NCBI GenBank assembly: GCA_041576165.1 | Contig: JBFGLM010000009.1 | Coordinates: 1 to 64,000, forward strand | Length of the DNA stretch: 64,000 nt | Source of the DNA: Acidimicrobiia bacterium | Lineage (GTDB): Bacteria; Actinomycetota; Acidimicrobiia; Spongiisociales; Spongiisociaceae | Direction of reading: 5' to 3' | In this document: piece by piece, positions 9,147 through 17,995 of the stretch | How positions within the stretch are numbered: position 1 is the stretch's first letter | Layout of the letters: every line of letters starts with the position of its first letter | Translations under genes and position numbers: made by a program | Notes under the pieces: generated by a model | Databases searched by the model: none | Told to the model about the DNA's origin: nothing | Seen by the model: the letters and a program-made list of their open reading frames with translations, nothing else

Positions 9147-10424
9147 ATGGGGGATGCTGTTCTCACATACGGGACGGATGTGTGGAGCGAGCCGGCCGGG
9201 GCTGGGTATTCTGCGACGATCGATCCGATCCTGCGCACCCGACACCGCATCGCACGTTTGATCGTGCCGCTCTATCTGCCTTCGTTCCTGGTGGCGACGG
9301 GGACGGGGATGCTGATCCCTGTCTTGCCGCTGTACCTCCGTGACGTGGGACTCAGCTATACGCTCGTCACCACCGCGCTGGCCGCGGCCGGGTTGGGTGC
9401 TCTCATGGCCCAGCTTCCGGTTGGCGTGGCGGTCAGCAGATACGGGGTGTTGCCGGTGATGGTCGCGGCCATTGCGCTCATCGCGGTGGCGGTGGCGCTG
9501 CTGGGGGTGACCGCAGTCACCCTGGCCCTCATCGGACTGCGGGTTGTGGCAGGAATCGGGTCTACCGCGTGGCTGCTTTCTCGCCACTCGTTCATTGCGA
9601 CCGCCATCCCGGTCGCAATACGGGGACGGGTCAGCTCGGCTTTCGGGGGCGTGAGCCGGGCCGGTCTCCTCGTCGGGCCGGTTTTGGGCGGCCTGGTTGC
9701 CGCCCGATGGGGGTTTGACAACGCCTTCGTGCTCACCGGGGTTGTAACGGCGATTGGACTAGGCCCCCTGTTGTTTCGCCATCACGTGGTTGCCGCGGGC
9801 AGTCCGGTCTCGCAGGTGAAGGGCGCAGTCGGCCGCCTCATCCGCGTATACCGGAAGCCACTCGCAGCTGTGGGCGCGGTGCAGCTAGGTGTGGTCGCGA
9901 CCCGCGAGGGCCGACTGGCGGTGATTCCATTGCTGGGGGCGGCGCTGGGACTCAGCGTTGGTGAGGTTGGCGCGCTGGTGGCGGTCGGGTCCGCCAGCGA
10001 CCTGCTGCTGTTCCCGGTCGCGGGCATCCTGATGGACCGGGCGGGCCGGGTGGCTGCGCTGGTCCCCTCCCTGCTGTTGCTCGGCGCCGGTTTGTTCCTC
10101 GCTGCGGCTGCGTCGACCACGCAGGTTCTGGTGGTGGCGGCGGCGATCATAGGGGTCGGCAATGGGCTGGGAGCCGGCAGCATGCTGACAATCGGTGCCG
10201 ATCTGGCGCCGCGGGACGATCCCAGCCGCTTCCTTTCTGTCATCGGCGCGACTCGCGATGCCGGGCGCGTCGCCGGTCCACTGATCGTCGGTTGGATGGC
10301 CGACCTGGTCGGGCTGTCGGCCAGCGCGGTGGCGCTGGGAGTTGTCGCCCTGATAACCGCCGGTTTCATGGCAATCGTGGTCGGCGACACGCGGTCGGGG
10401 CTGGTCCGCTCCGGCGCCGACTGA
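9147..10424 (+). CDS. MFS transporter
   Basis: About 12 hydrophobic segments; motif-A-like MDRAGR. Confidence 0.88.
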   Translation: MGDAVLTYGTDVWSEPAGAGYSATIDPILRTRHRIARLIVPLYLPSFLVATGTGMLIPVLPLYLRDVGLSYTLVTTALAAAGLGALMAQLPVGVAVSRYGVLPVMVAAIALIAVAVALLGVTAVTLALIGLRVVAGIGSTAWLLSRHSFIATAIPVAIRGRVSSAFGGVSRAGLLVGPVLGGLVAARWGFDNAFVLTGVVTAIGLGPLLFRHHVVAAGSPVSQVKGAVGRLIRVYRKPLAAVGAVQLGVVATREGRLAVIPLLGAALGLSVGEVGALVAVGSASDLLLFPVAGILMDRAGRVAALVPSLLLLGAGLFLAAAASTTQVLVVAAAIIGVGNGLGAGSMLTIGADLAPRDDPSRFLSVIGATRDAGRVAGPLIVGWMADLVGLSASAVALGVVALITAGFMAIVVGDTRSGLVRSGAD

Positions 10425-12281
10425 TCAATCGTCTTCGGGCGGAACCGAAGCCGGGCGCCGGGGCAAACGCAAAGTGAACGAGGTCCAGCCCGGCTCAGAA
10501 CTGACGCTGAGAGAGCCGTTCATGAGCGCGGCCAGATCGCGGCTCACCGTGAGGCCCAGCCCAATCGACCCGGGCCGCCCGGAAGCAGCCGCATCCGACT
10601 CGTAGGCTTCGAAGATCCGCGTGAGCGACTCAGACTCGATGCCGGGGCCATCGTCCGTCACAACGACAGCGACATCGTTGTCATGGGCTTCGACCGAGAC
10701 TTCAATGTGGGGTCCGCCGTGCCGGTGCGCGTTGAGAATGAGGTTCCGCAGGATCTGACGGGTGCGGAGCCCATCCGCCCACGCCACACATTCGTCCACC
10801 CTGACCAGACTCGTCTTGGCTGCGGCCTCCTGCGGGAGCGCCTCTACCACTCGCTCGATCTCGCTGTTGATCTCTATTTCGGCCGGAATGACCGTGATGC
10901 CGGCGTCGATGCGGGCCGCTACCAACAAATCTTCCACGAGGTTCACGATGTCGTGGGTCTGCCCGACGATCAGATCGATGAATTCCCGGACCTCGTGCGC
11001 TTGGAACTCCTCGAGGTTGGCAGACAGTTCCGATGCCAGGCCAAACACCACGGTCATCGGGGTCCGGATCTCGTGGCTGACACTGGCGACAAACTGGTCC
11101 TTGGCGCGCACCAGGTCCTGAAGACGATCGAGGGTGCGCTTCCGCTCGAGGAATGATCCAAGCATGGCGGCGGTCGTGACCAGGGTGCTCTGCTCGGTTT
11201 CGGTCCAGTCCCACGACTCGCGCGACATAACGCCGATCACGCCCTCGAATCTCGCGTTGATCATGATCGGAACTGCCAGGATCGCTTCGGTCTCTGCGCG
11301 CACCGCGCACCGGGCCAGATCGTTCGACATGTCGAGATCCGCAGACGAAGAGAACTTGAAGATCCGACCCCTTTCCAGCGAATGCCACAACTGCGGCCAG
11401 TCCGAGCGGCCGATCGCCGTGTACCCGGTCTCGGCCGGGGCGTTCACGGTGAGGGCCATGCTCGGTACCAGCCGGAGCTGCGGCCCCTCGTGCCCGGCCA
11501 CCCTGTCGTGGAACGTGAGCCCGTGTCCGAAAGCTCCGCTGATCGCCCGCAACGCGTTCTCGAGCGCCGTGTCGTCGAACTCGGACAGCAGCACTCGTGA
11601 GCACTCCGTCAGCGCCTGTTGATGACGAAGAGTGTTGTTTCTGGACGCGAGCGCGGCCTCAGCCAGCTGCAGCGACCGGTCCCTCTCCCACGCGCCCGCG
11701 TACACGTCGGTGATCGCTTGCAGGATGAGGATTTCTGTATCCGACCACCGCCTACCTTCGGTCCGGTTGCCGAACATCACGTGGCCTGCCCACCGGCCTC
11801 CCACCAGAATCGGAAGCTCGATACCCGAGCGCAGGTGTGCGGGCGAGTCCGTGTACAGCTGCCGGTCGATCGGATCTAGATCGTCGAGGCTTTCGAAGCG
11901 GTGGAACTTGCCGCTAGACAGAATCGCCTCGGTCCCGGGCACCAAGCTCCAGTCGACCACGGGCAGGTGTTCCCGGGTCTCGCCTCCGAAGAACGGCGCG
12001 TCGGCGTCCACCCAATGCACCACGTTCGCCAGCGAGCTCCCGTGAGGTCCGTCGATGTTCTCGGTCACGGCGACCACGTCGACCTTCGCCGCCCGACCCA
12101 GGCGATAGAGCAGTGCCCGGATCTCGTCGTGTGAAGCCGATCCGACCACGGCCCGCGTCAAAGCCGCGATCGCATCAATGAGATCGTCGTTCAGCACCCC
12201 CGACTGCGACGGGGAACGCAAAGACTCTGGAGCTGGAGTCACCCATGACATATCGGCGCAAGCTCGGTGAATGTTGACCAC
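10425..12281 (-). CDS. Cytoplasmic sensor histidine kinase with two GAF-like domains
   Basis: H-box SHEIRTPM, N-box NLILNAHRH, G1 DDGPGI, G2 GLGL; no TM segment; start may be ATG 12251. Confidence 0.88.
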   Translation of the reverse strand: MVNIHRACADMSWVTPAPESLRSPSQSGVLNDDLIDAIAALTRAVVGSASHDEIRALLYRLGRAAKVDVVAVTENIDGPHGSSLANVVHWVDADAPFFGGETREHLPVVDWSLVPGTEAILSSGKFHRFESLDDLDPIDRQLYTDSPAHLRSGIELPILVGGRWAGHVMFGNRTEGRRWSDTEILILQAITDVYAGAWERDRSLQLAEAALASRNNTLRHQQALTECSRVLLSEFDDTALENALRAISGAFGHGLTFHDRVAGHEGPQLRLVPSMALTVNAPAETGYTAIGRSDWPQLWHSLERGRIFKFSSSADLDMSNDLARCAVRAETEAILAVPIMINARFEGVIGVMSRESWDWTETEQSTLVTTAAMLGSFLERKRTLDRLQDLVRAKDQFVASVSHEIRTPMTVVFGLASELSANLEEFQAHEVREFIDLIVGQTHDIVNLVEDLLVAARIDAGITVIPAEIEINSEIERVVEALPQEAAAKTSLVRVDECVAWADGLRTRQILRNLILNAHRHGGPHIEVSVEAHDNDVAVVVTDDGPGIESESLTRIFEAYESDAAASGRPGSIGLGLTVSRDLAALMNGSLSVSSEPGWTSFTLRLPRRPASVPPEDD

Positions 12282-12295
12282 TCTGAGAGCTGCGC

Positions 12296-13060
12296 TCAGC
12301 GGCTGAACCCGAGGCGGCGAGAAGCCATCGCGGCCGCCTCGACCACACCCTGGGTGATTTCCGCCATCGCCGGCTGTACGCGGGCGTCGGGCCCGGCGAC
12401 ACTCATCGCGGCTACGACCTGGCTCAGGCGATTTCGGATCGGGGCGGCCACCGACAGAACACCCTCTTCCGACTCATGCATATTGCGGGCGAAACCCTGC
12501 CGGCGCACGGTCTGCAGCTCCTTGGTCAGTCTTGTCCGGTCGGTGATGGTGTGGGGCGTCTTGGCCTCCAGTTCCCATCCGTCCAGCAGTCGCTGCAGGT
12601 CCGAATCGGGTAAGTGGGCCAGCAGTACCTTCCCCGTGCTGGTGGAGTGAGCTGCGTTCCGGCGGCCCACCTCGAGGAACAGCCGGAGCGTATTCGGCGA
12701 GTCGAGGCGCTCGACATAGACGACCTCGCGCCCGTCGAGCACCGAGACCTGAACGGTCTCCCTGGTCAGATTGCGCAGGCGCTCCATCGGCACGATCACG
12801 GCTTCGTGCAGGTCGAGGTGGCTGGCGACCGCCGAACCCAGGTCATACATAGCCAGGCCCAGCCGGTATTTGCCCGTTTCGGCATCCCGGGCGAGCAGGT
12901 GTTCCGCAGTGAGCGTTGTCACGAGTCGGTGGACGGTGGATTTGCCGAGGTTCAGGCGTCGGGCCAACTCTGAAACACCCAGTTCCCGATCCCTGGTCGA
13001 GAACTGCTTGAGCAGTCTGGCTGCGTTGGTCACGGATGACAGGGTCTGACTCTCACCCAT
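12296..13060 (-). CDS. IclR family transcriptional regulator
   Basis: Start reassigned to MGESQTL (13060); HTH GVSELARRLNLGKSTVHRL; HSTSTGKVLLA; SVAAPI. Confidence 0.92.
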   Translation of the reverse strand: MGESQTLSSVTNAARLLKQFSTRDRELGVSELARRLNLGKSTVHRLVTTLTAEHLLARDAETGKYRLGLAMYDLGSAVASHLDLHEAVIVPMERLRNLTRETVQVSVLDGREVVYVERLDSPNTLRLFLEVGRRNAAHSTSTGKVLLAHLPDSDLQRLLDGWELEAKTPHTITDRTRLTKELQTVRRQGFARNMHESEEGVLSVAAPIRNRLSQVVAAMSVAGPDARVQPAMAEITQGVVEAAAMASRRLGFSR

Positions 13061-13727
13061 CCTCGCCTCGCAGCGCCGCCAGCACCGCCCGGCGCAGGGC
13101 CTCCGGCTCGCCGCCCGCTGCGGCCACCGCCGGGCTGTCGGGTGCAATCTCTGCTGCCAGGAGCGCCTGGGCTCTCCGCAGACCCGCCCGGGCCGCCCCG
13201 GCCATTTCATCGACCAGCGCTTCACGCCCGGGCACCCGGGCCCGAATAGCGTCGAAGTCGCGTATTTCAGCCACATGGGCGTTGGCGAGACCCGTGCCTG
13301 CGTGCCCGGCATGATGCTCGCTCAGTTGAGATCCCGGTTGGACGATCAGGTGATAGAGGTGAGTGGTGATGCCCACTGCCCGCCGTACCTCTTCGCCGGC
13401 ATTGCCGGCCGCCTCGTTGATCAGGCCTAAAGGGGGCAGCACCACCGGGTCGTAGAACCGGACCGTCCAGCGCATCTGACCGATGCTGTTCTCGAGTGAC
13501 ACCTCGGGACCGACGGGTGCTGGGAGCGGATCGGTGCTGGCGATCACGTGCAGGTTTTGGACTCCGGCCGCAATGACCGTGAACGGACCGTGCAGCAGCG
13601 GCATCTGCGCTCGCCCGGCGGGTGACTGCAGATCGGCCACGGTCAGGTACGACTGATGGACGGCCCGGACGTAGGCAGCCATCGCCTGGCGCATATCCTC
13701 GGGCCGGAGCTGCGGCAGATCGGGCAT
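13053..13727 (-). CDS. Hypothetical protein, His-rich, overlapping the iclR start
   Basis: Probable leaderless start MPDLPQLRPEDM (TATGCT -10 six nt upstream); globular composition; LYHL..HHAGHAGTGLANAH. Confidence 0.7.
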   Translation of the reverse strand: MPDLPQLRPEDMRQAMAAYVRAVHQSYLTVADLQSPAGRAQMPLLHGPFTVIAAGVQNLHVIASTDPLPAPVGPEVSLENSIGQMRWTVRFYDPVVLPPLGLINEAAGNAGEEVRRAVGITTHLYHLIVQPGSQLSEHHAGHAGTGLANAHVAEIRDFDAIRARVPGREALVDEMAGAARAGLRRAQALLAAEIAPDSPAVAAAGGEPEALRRAVLAALRGEDG

Positions 13728-13803
13728 GGATCGAGCATACTGGTACGTCCCTCTATGCGGGACGGCGTCCCATGGAGGGGAACACGATGAGTAAGTTCCG
13801 CCC
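13728..13803. promoter_or_regulatory. Divergent promoter region with two tandem palindromic boxes (putative IclR operators)
   Basis: CGTCCC-N7-GGGACG (13746-13764) and CGTCCC-N7-GGAACA (13766-13784); -10 TAAGTT 13792-13797 (+) and TATGCT 13734-13739 (-), each 6 nt before an ATG. Confidence 0.6.
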
Positions 13804-14712
13804 ATGGGGATCCTGCGCCTCGGCCACGTCGACATCACCGTCCCAGATCTGGATCTCGCCTCGGCGTACTACACCGGTGTGATGGGCATGACCGAGACCG
13901 AGCGGCGCGACGACCGGCGTTTTTTCAAATGCTGGGATGAAGAAGATCATCACAGCCTTGCCGTCCGCTACGACCCGAGGGTCGGCATCGACCACTTCAC
14001 GTTCAAGGTCGAGGAAGAGGATGACCTGGCGGTGCTCGAACGGCGGGTCGAGGCATATGGATATCGGGTCGACCGGATCTCCAGAGGGGAAGAGGTCGGG
14101 CAGGGCGAGTCGATTCGGTTTGAGACGCCGTCCGGCCACACGATGGAGCTGGTCCACGATGTCCACAAGGTGGGCTCCGCTCTGCCCAAGCTCAACCCCC
14201 ACGCCGCGCCGATGGACCTGCAGGGAATCGCGCCGCCTCGGATGGACCACCTGCTGGTCAATGCCGAAGAAGTGCCCGAAGCGTCGAAGTTCTACATGGA
14301 CGTGCTCGGGTTCCGCCTGACCGAACAGCTGCTGGACGGCGACGGCCATCAGATCGGCGTCTGGCTCGAGCGCTCACACTCCCCGCATGACTTGGCGGTA
14401 GTCAGCGGTCCGAACGGCGGACTGCACCACTTCGCATTCTGGCTGGACGACTGGGATCACGTCCGGCGGGCAGCCGACATCCTCGCGTACAACGCAATTC
14501 AAATCGACGTTGGTCCGACTCGCCACGGCATCACTCGAGGGAGCACGATCTATTTCTTCGATCCCATGGGCACCAGAAACGAGGTGTTCACGGGCGGCTA
14601 CCGGCCGGATCCGGACTTCCCGACCATCACCTGGACCGAGGACAACATCGGCAAGGCGATCTTCTACTACGAAGGTGAGCTGAACGAGCGATTCATGAAG
14701 GTGCACACGTGA
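13804..14712 (+). CDS. xylE: Catechol 2,3-dioxygenase (extradiol, VOC) copy 1
   Basis: RMDHLLV, LHHFAFW, GPTRHGITRG, IYFFDP, RNEVF. Confidence 0.93.
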   Translation: MGILRLGHVDITVPDLDLASAYYTGVMGMTETERRDDRRFFKCWDEEDHHSLAVRYDPRVGIDHFTFKVEEEDDLAVLERRVEAYGYRVDRISRGEEVGQGESIRFETPSGHTMELVHDVHKVGSALPKLNPHAAPMDLQGIAPPRMDHLLVNAEEVPEASKFYMDVLGFRLTEQLLDGDGHQIGVWLERSHSPHDLAVVSGPNGGLHHFAFWLDDWDHVRRAADILAYNAIQIDVGPTRHGITRGSTIYFFDPMGTRNEVFTGGYRPDPDFPTITWTEDNIGKAIFYYEGELNERFMKVHT

Positions 14713-14728
14713 CGGGGAGGCTCCGGTA

Positions 14729-15640
14729 GTGGGCGTGCTCCGCCTGTCGCACGTCCAGATTCGGGTTCCGGATCTCGAACTGGCAACCGCCTACTACTCG
14801 GAAGTCGTCGGCCTGATCGAGACGGCCCGGGAATCCGAGCGGGTATTCCTCAAATGTTGGGACGAGCATCAGCACCACAGCACGGTCCTGCGTTACGCCC
14901 CGACGTATGGGCTCGACGTGGTCGGGTTCAAGGTTCAGGACCGCGCGGACCTCGAGGTGCTGGCCTCCCGGATCGAAGCGGCCGGTTGTGCCACCAAGCG
15001 TTTCCAGGCGGGGGAGCTGGGCCCGGGATCGGGTGAGACGCTGCGGTTCGACGCACCATCGGGTCACACGACCGAACTCGTATGGGGCATGGAGCAAGTG
15101 GGCAACCTGCTGCCGCTCACCAATCCGCCTCCGGAGCCACAGGGCCTGCGCGGAATCCATCCGCCCCGGCTCGATCACGTGTTCCTGATGTGCGAGGACG
15201 TCGACGAAATCACGGCTTTCTATCAAACCGTGCTGGATTTCCGCCTCACGGAGCAGATCCTGGCCGATGACGGACACCAGTTGGTGACTTTCCTGGAGCG
15301 AACACACACACCGCATGACGTTGCCTTCATCACCGGGCCCAACGGCGCCCTGCACCATTTCGCCTACTGGCTCGACGACTGGAACGACGTCCGCCAGGCC
15401 GCGGACATCTGCAGCTACCACGGGGTTCGGATCGACGCCGGGCCCACCCGACACGGAGCCACCCGCGGCTACGGCCTGTACTTCTTCGATCCGGCCGGCA
15501 ACCGCAACGAGGTCTACACCGGCGGCTACTGGGCCGATCCCGATCGCGACCCGGTCACATGGACCGAATCCGAAATGGGCCGGGCGGTGTTCTACTACGA
15601 GGGCGTCGTCGATCACCGGTTCTTGACGGTGCATTCATGA
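14729..15640 (+). CDS. xylE: Catechol 2,3-dioxygenase (extradiol, VOC) copy 2
   Basis: RLDHVFL, LHHFAYW, GPTRHGATRG, LYFFDP, RNEVY; GTG start after SD GGGAGG. Confidence 0.93.
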   Translation: MGVLRLSHVQIRVPDLELATAYYSEVVGLIETARESERVFLKCWDEHQHHSTVLRYAPTYGLDVVGFKVQDRADLEVLASRIEAAGCATKRFQAGELGPGSGETLRFDAPSGHTTELVWGMEQVGNLLPLTNPPPEPQGLRGIHPPRLDHVFLMCEDVDEITAFYQTVLDFRLTEQILADDGHQLVTFLERTHTPHDVAFITGPNGALHHFAYWLDDWNDVRQAADICSYHGVRIDAGPTRHGATRGYGLYFFDPAGNRNEVYTGGYWADPDRDPVTWTESEMGRAVFYYEGVVDHRFLTVHS

Positions 15641-15677
15641 GCCCTACACCGGTGCGCCGACCGGCGGAGAGCCGGGT

Positions 15678-16727
15678 ATGACCGACCGGCCGCCCCTGCC
15701 CCGGACCGAACGGGACGAGGCGCCGCTGTACCTGGCGCGATATCTGGAACGACAGGCCCGGGCCGACGACGACGATGCAAACGGCCACGATGACGGCACC
15801 CCGTTGTATCTGCGTCGCTTTCGCGAGCGCCGGGCGGCCGAGACCATCACTGATGCTTTGCCGCCGCTGTGGGAGCGCGCCGGCCGCGGTGTCCAGCAGG
15901 CCTTGAGTGAGGACAACCGCAACAAGGAGATCAGTGCTCCGCCCGACGCCCGTCCGCGAGTGGCGAACGAGGTTTACCTGGTGCGCCACGGCGAAACGCA
16001 GGGCTACTCCACAGAAGCCGGGCTGACGCCACTCGGTGCATGGCAAGCGCACACGTACGGCCACACGCTGGCCAAACGGGTGCGCTCCGGCGAGCGGATC
16101 GTGATCGCCAGCGCCCGCACCAACCGGGCCGGCCAGACCGCAGATCAGATCTTCAAGGCGCTCCAGGACGGCCTGGCGATGTTCGAAAAGGACGTCGAGG
16201 TGGACTCGCCCGAAGCGTACGACGAGTTCCGCAACTTCCAGCTGGCCACGCCGGACGGCCTACGGGATGTCACGTCAGCGTTCCGTCAGTACTACTCACT
16301 TCTGGAAGAAATCGAGCGAATTGCGCTGGGCGACCGGCCCCTGTGGTTGGTCGAGATCGATCGTTTCTGGCGCACCCAGCTGGGGGGAGGCGATCCGATC
16401 CAGCACTGGCTCACCGTGCCCATGATGCACTTTGAGCCGCCGGCGTTGTGCGTCCGGCGGTTCTGGATGGGGATCCGGCGGCTGGCCGCCGCTCACCCGG
16501 GCGCACGGATCGTCATCGCGTCTCATTCCGGCCCCATCCGAGCGTTCGCCGTGTGGGCGCTGGGGTACGACCCGGGGGAGCCGTACAACACCGAACACGT
16601 TCGGGTGAAGCTGATGGAGGGAGACGGCGCAGCGCTCGTCAGTTACCGCAACCGTGTCCAGGAAGTGAACGTCCCCGAGATTGACTCTTTGCCTACCTGG
16701 TCGTTGGAAGAATCGTGGATGCCATGA
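15678..16727 (+). CDS. Histidine phosphatase superfamily protein with N-terminal extension
   Basis: VYLVRHGET (RHG motif), RAGQTA, SHSG. Confidence 0.82.
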   Translation: MTDRPPLPRTERDEAPLYLARYLERQARADDDDANGHDDGTPLYLRRFRERRAAETITDALPPLWERAGRGVQQALSEDNRNKEISAPPDARPRVANEVYLVRHGETQGYSTEAGLTPLGAWQAHTYGHTLAKRVRSGERIVIASARTNRAGQTADQIFKALQDGLAMFEKDVEVDSPEAYDEFRNFQLATPDGLRDVTSAFRQYYSLLEEIERIALGDRPLWLVEIDRFWRTQLGGGDPIQHWLTVPMMHFEPPALCVRRFWMGIRRLAAAHPGARIVIASHSGPIRAFAVWALGYDPGEPYNTEHVRVKLMEGDGAALVSYRNRVQEVNVPEIDSLPTWSLEESWMP

Positions 16728-16859
16728 CAGCCGCACCCCGCCACAGCACGGTGTCCGGCCGCTCGCCGGGGGCGCGATGTGTGTGAGGCTTGTCCCACTC
16801 TGGGCCCGGATGAGCTCGTCCCGTGTCCGGCGTCCGCGCCCGCTCGATGGATCGCCCCG

Positions 16860-17978
16860 ATGAAATCCGAGTTCATCTTGTGGTTCGACGAATACCAGGA
16901 GTCGCACCGACCGCTCGTCGGAGGCAAGAACGCCAGCCTCGGGGAGCTGATCGGTGCCAGCCTCCCCGTGCCCCCCGGCTTTGCCATCACCACCGATGCG
17001 TACGACACCCTGCGCCGCAACGACGGCTTGGCGACCACGGTCAACGACCTGTTGGGCCGAGTCGATCACGAGGACCCGGTCGGCTTGCGAGAGATCTCTG
17101 TTGCCATCAGGTCGGCGATGGAGGCGGCGCCCATTGATCCGGCCATCACCCGCGACGTTGTCGCCGCGTATGAGCTGTTGTGTGAGCGGTGCGACACCCC
17201 AAATGTGCCGGTGGCCGTGCGATCCAGCGCCACCGCCGAGGATTTGCCGGACGCCAGCTTCGCCGGCCAGCAGGACACGTTCCTGTGGATCACCGGCGCG
17301 GATGCCGTCGCGCACTACGTCGTCCGCTGCTGGTCATCGATATTCACCGACCGGGCGATCTCATACCGCCATGGCACCGGTCACGATCATGAGCGCATTG
17401 CGATGTCGGTTGGGATCCAGAAGATGGTCCGGCCGAAAACCGCGGGTGTGGCGTTCACGCTCAACCCATCGGATGGTGATCGGTCCCAGATCGCGATTGA
17501 CGCCAGCTACGGCTTCGGGGAGGCGGTGGTGAGCGGCGAGGTGACACCCGACAATTTCCTGGTGGACAAGGTCATCATGGAGGTAGTCCGGAGAACCGTG
17601 TCGCCCAAACACATGGAGTTGGTGCTCGATCCCGGCACGAATGGCGTCGTCCGCCGCGACGTCGAGCGGCATCGGCAAACAATCGCCTGTATGACCGACG
17701 ACGAGATCAAGGCAGTGGCAGGGATGGCCAAGCGAGCAGAACAGCACTACGGCTCCCCCCAGGACGTCGAGTGGGCCATCGACGACGACCTCCCGGCCCC
17801 CAACAACGTGGTGCTGCTGCAAAGCCGCCCCGAGACGGTGTGGAGCCGCAAACCCCGCCGGTCCGTGGCGCGCCCGTCCACCGGGCTGATGGATGGCATC
17901 GTCTCGACGCTACTGTCGCCGGTTCACAGTCGGGAGAAGGCTCCCACAGTCGATGAAGAGAAATCCGCGGACAACTGA
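16860..17978 (+). CDS. PEP-synthase N-terminal ATP-grasp subunit (phenylphosphate synthase beta / CreHI-type)
   Basis: Start at MKSEF (16860); VGGKNASLGEL, VAVRSSATAEDLPDASFAGQQDT, QDVEWAID, LQSRPET; stand-alone, no TIM barrel. Confidence 0.88.
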   Translation: MKSEFILWFDEYQESHRPLVGGKNASLGELIGASLPVPPGFAITTDAYDTLRRNDGLATTVNDLLGRVDHEDPVGLREISVAIRSAMEAAPIDPAITRDVVAAYELLCERCDTPNVPVAVRSSATAEDLPDASFAGQQDTFLWITGADAVAHYVVRCWSSIFTDRAISYRHGTGHDHERIAMSVGIQKMVRPKTAGVAFTLNPSDGDRSQIAIDASYGFGEAVVSGEVTPDNFLVDKVIMEVVRRTVSPKHMELVLDPGTNGVVRRDVERHRQTIACMTDDEIKAVAGMAKRAEQHYGSPQDVEWAIDDDLPAPNNVVLLQSRPETVWSRKPRRSVARPSTGLMDGIVSTLLSPVHSREKAPTVDEEKSADN

Positions 17979-17995
17979 GCGAGAAGGAGAGTGGG

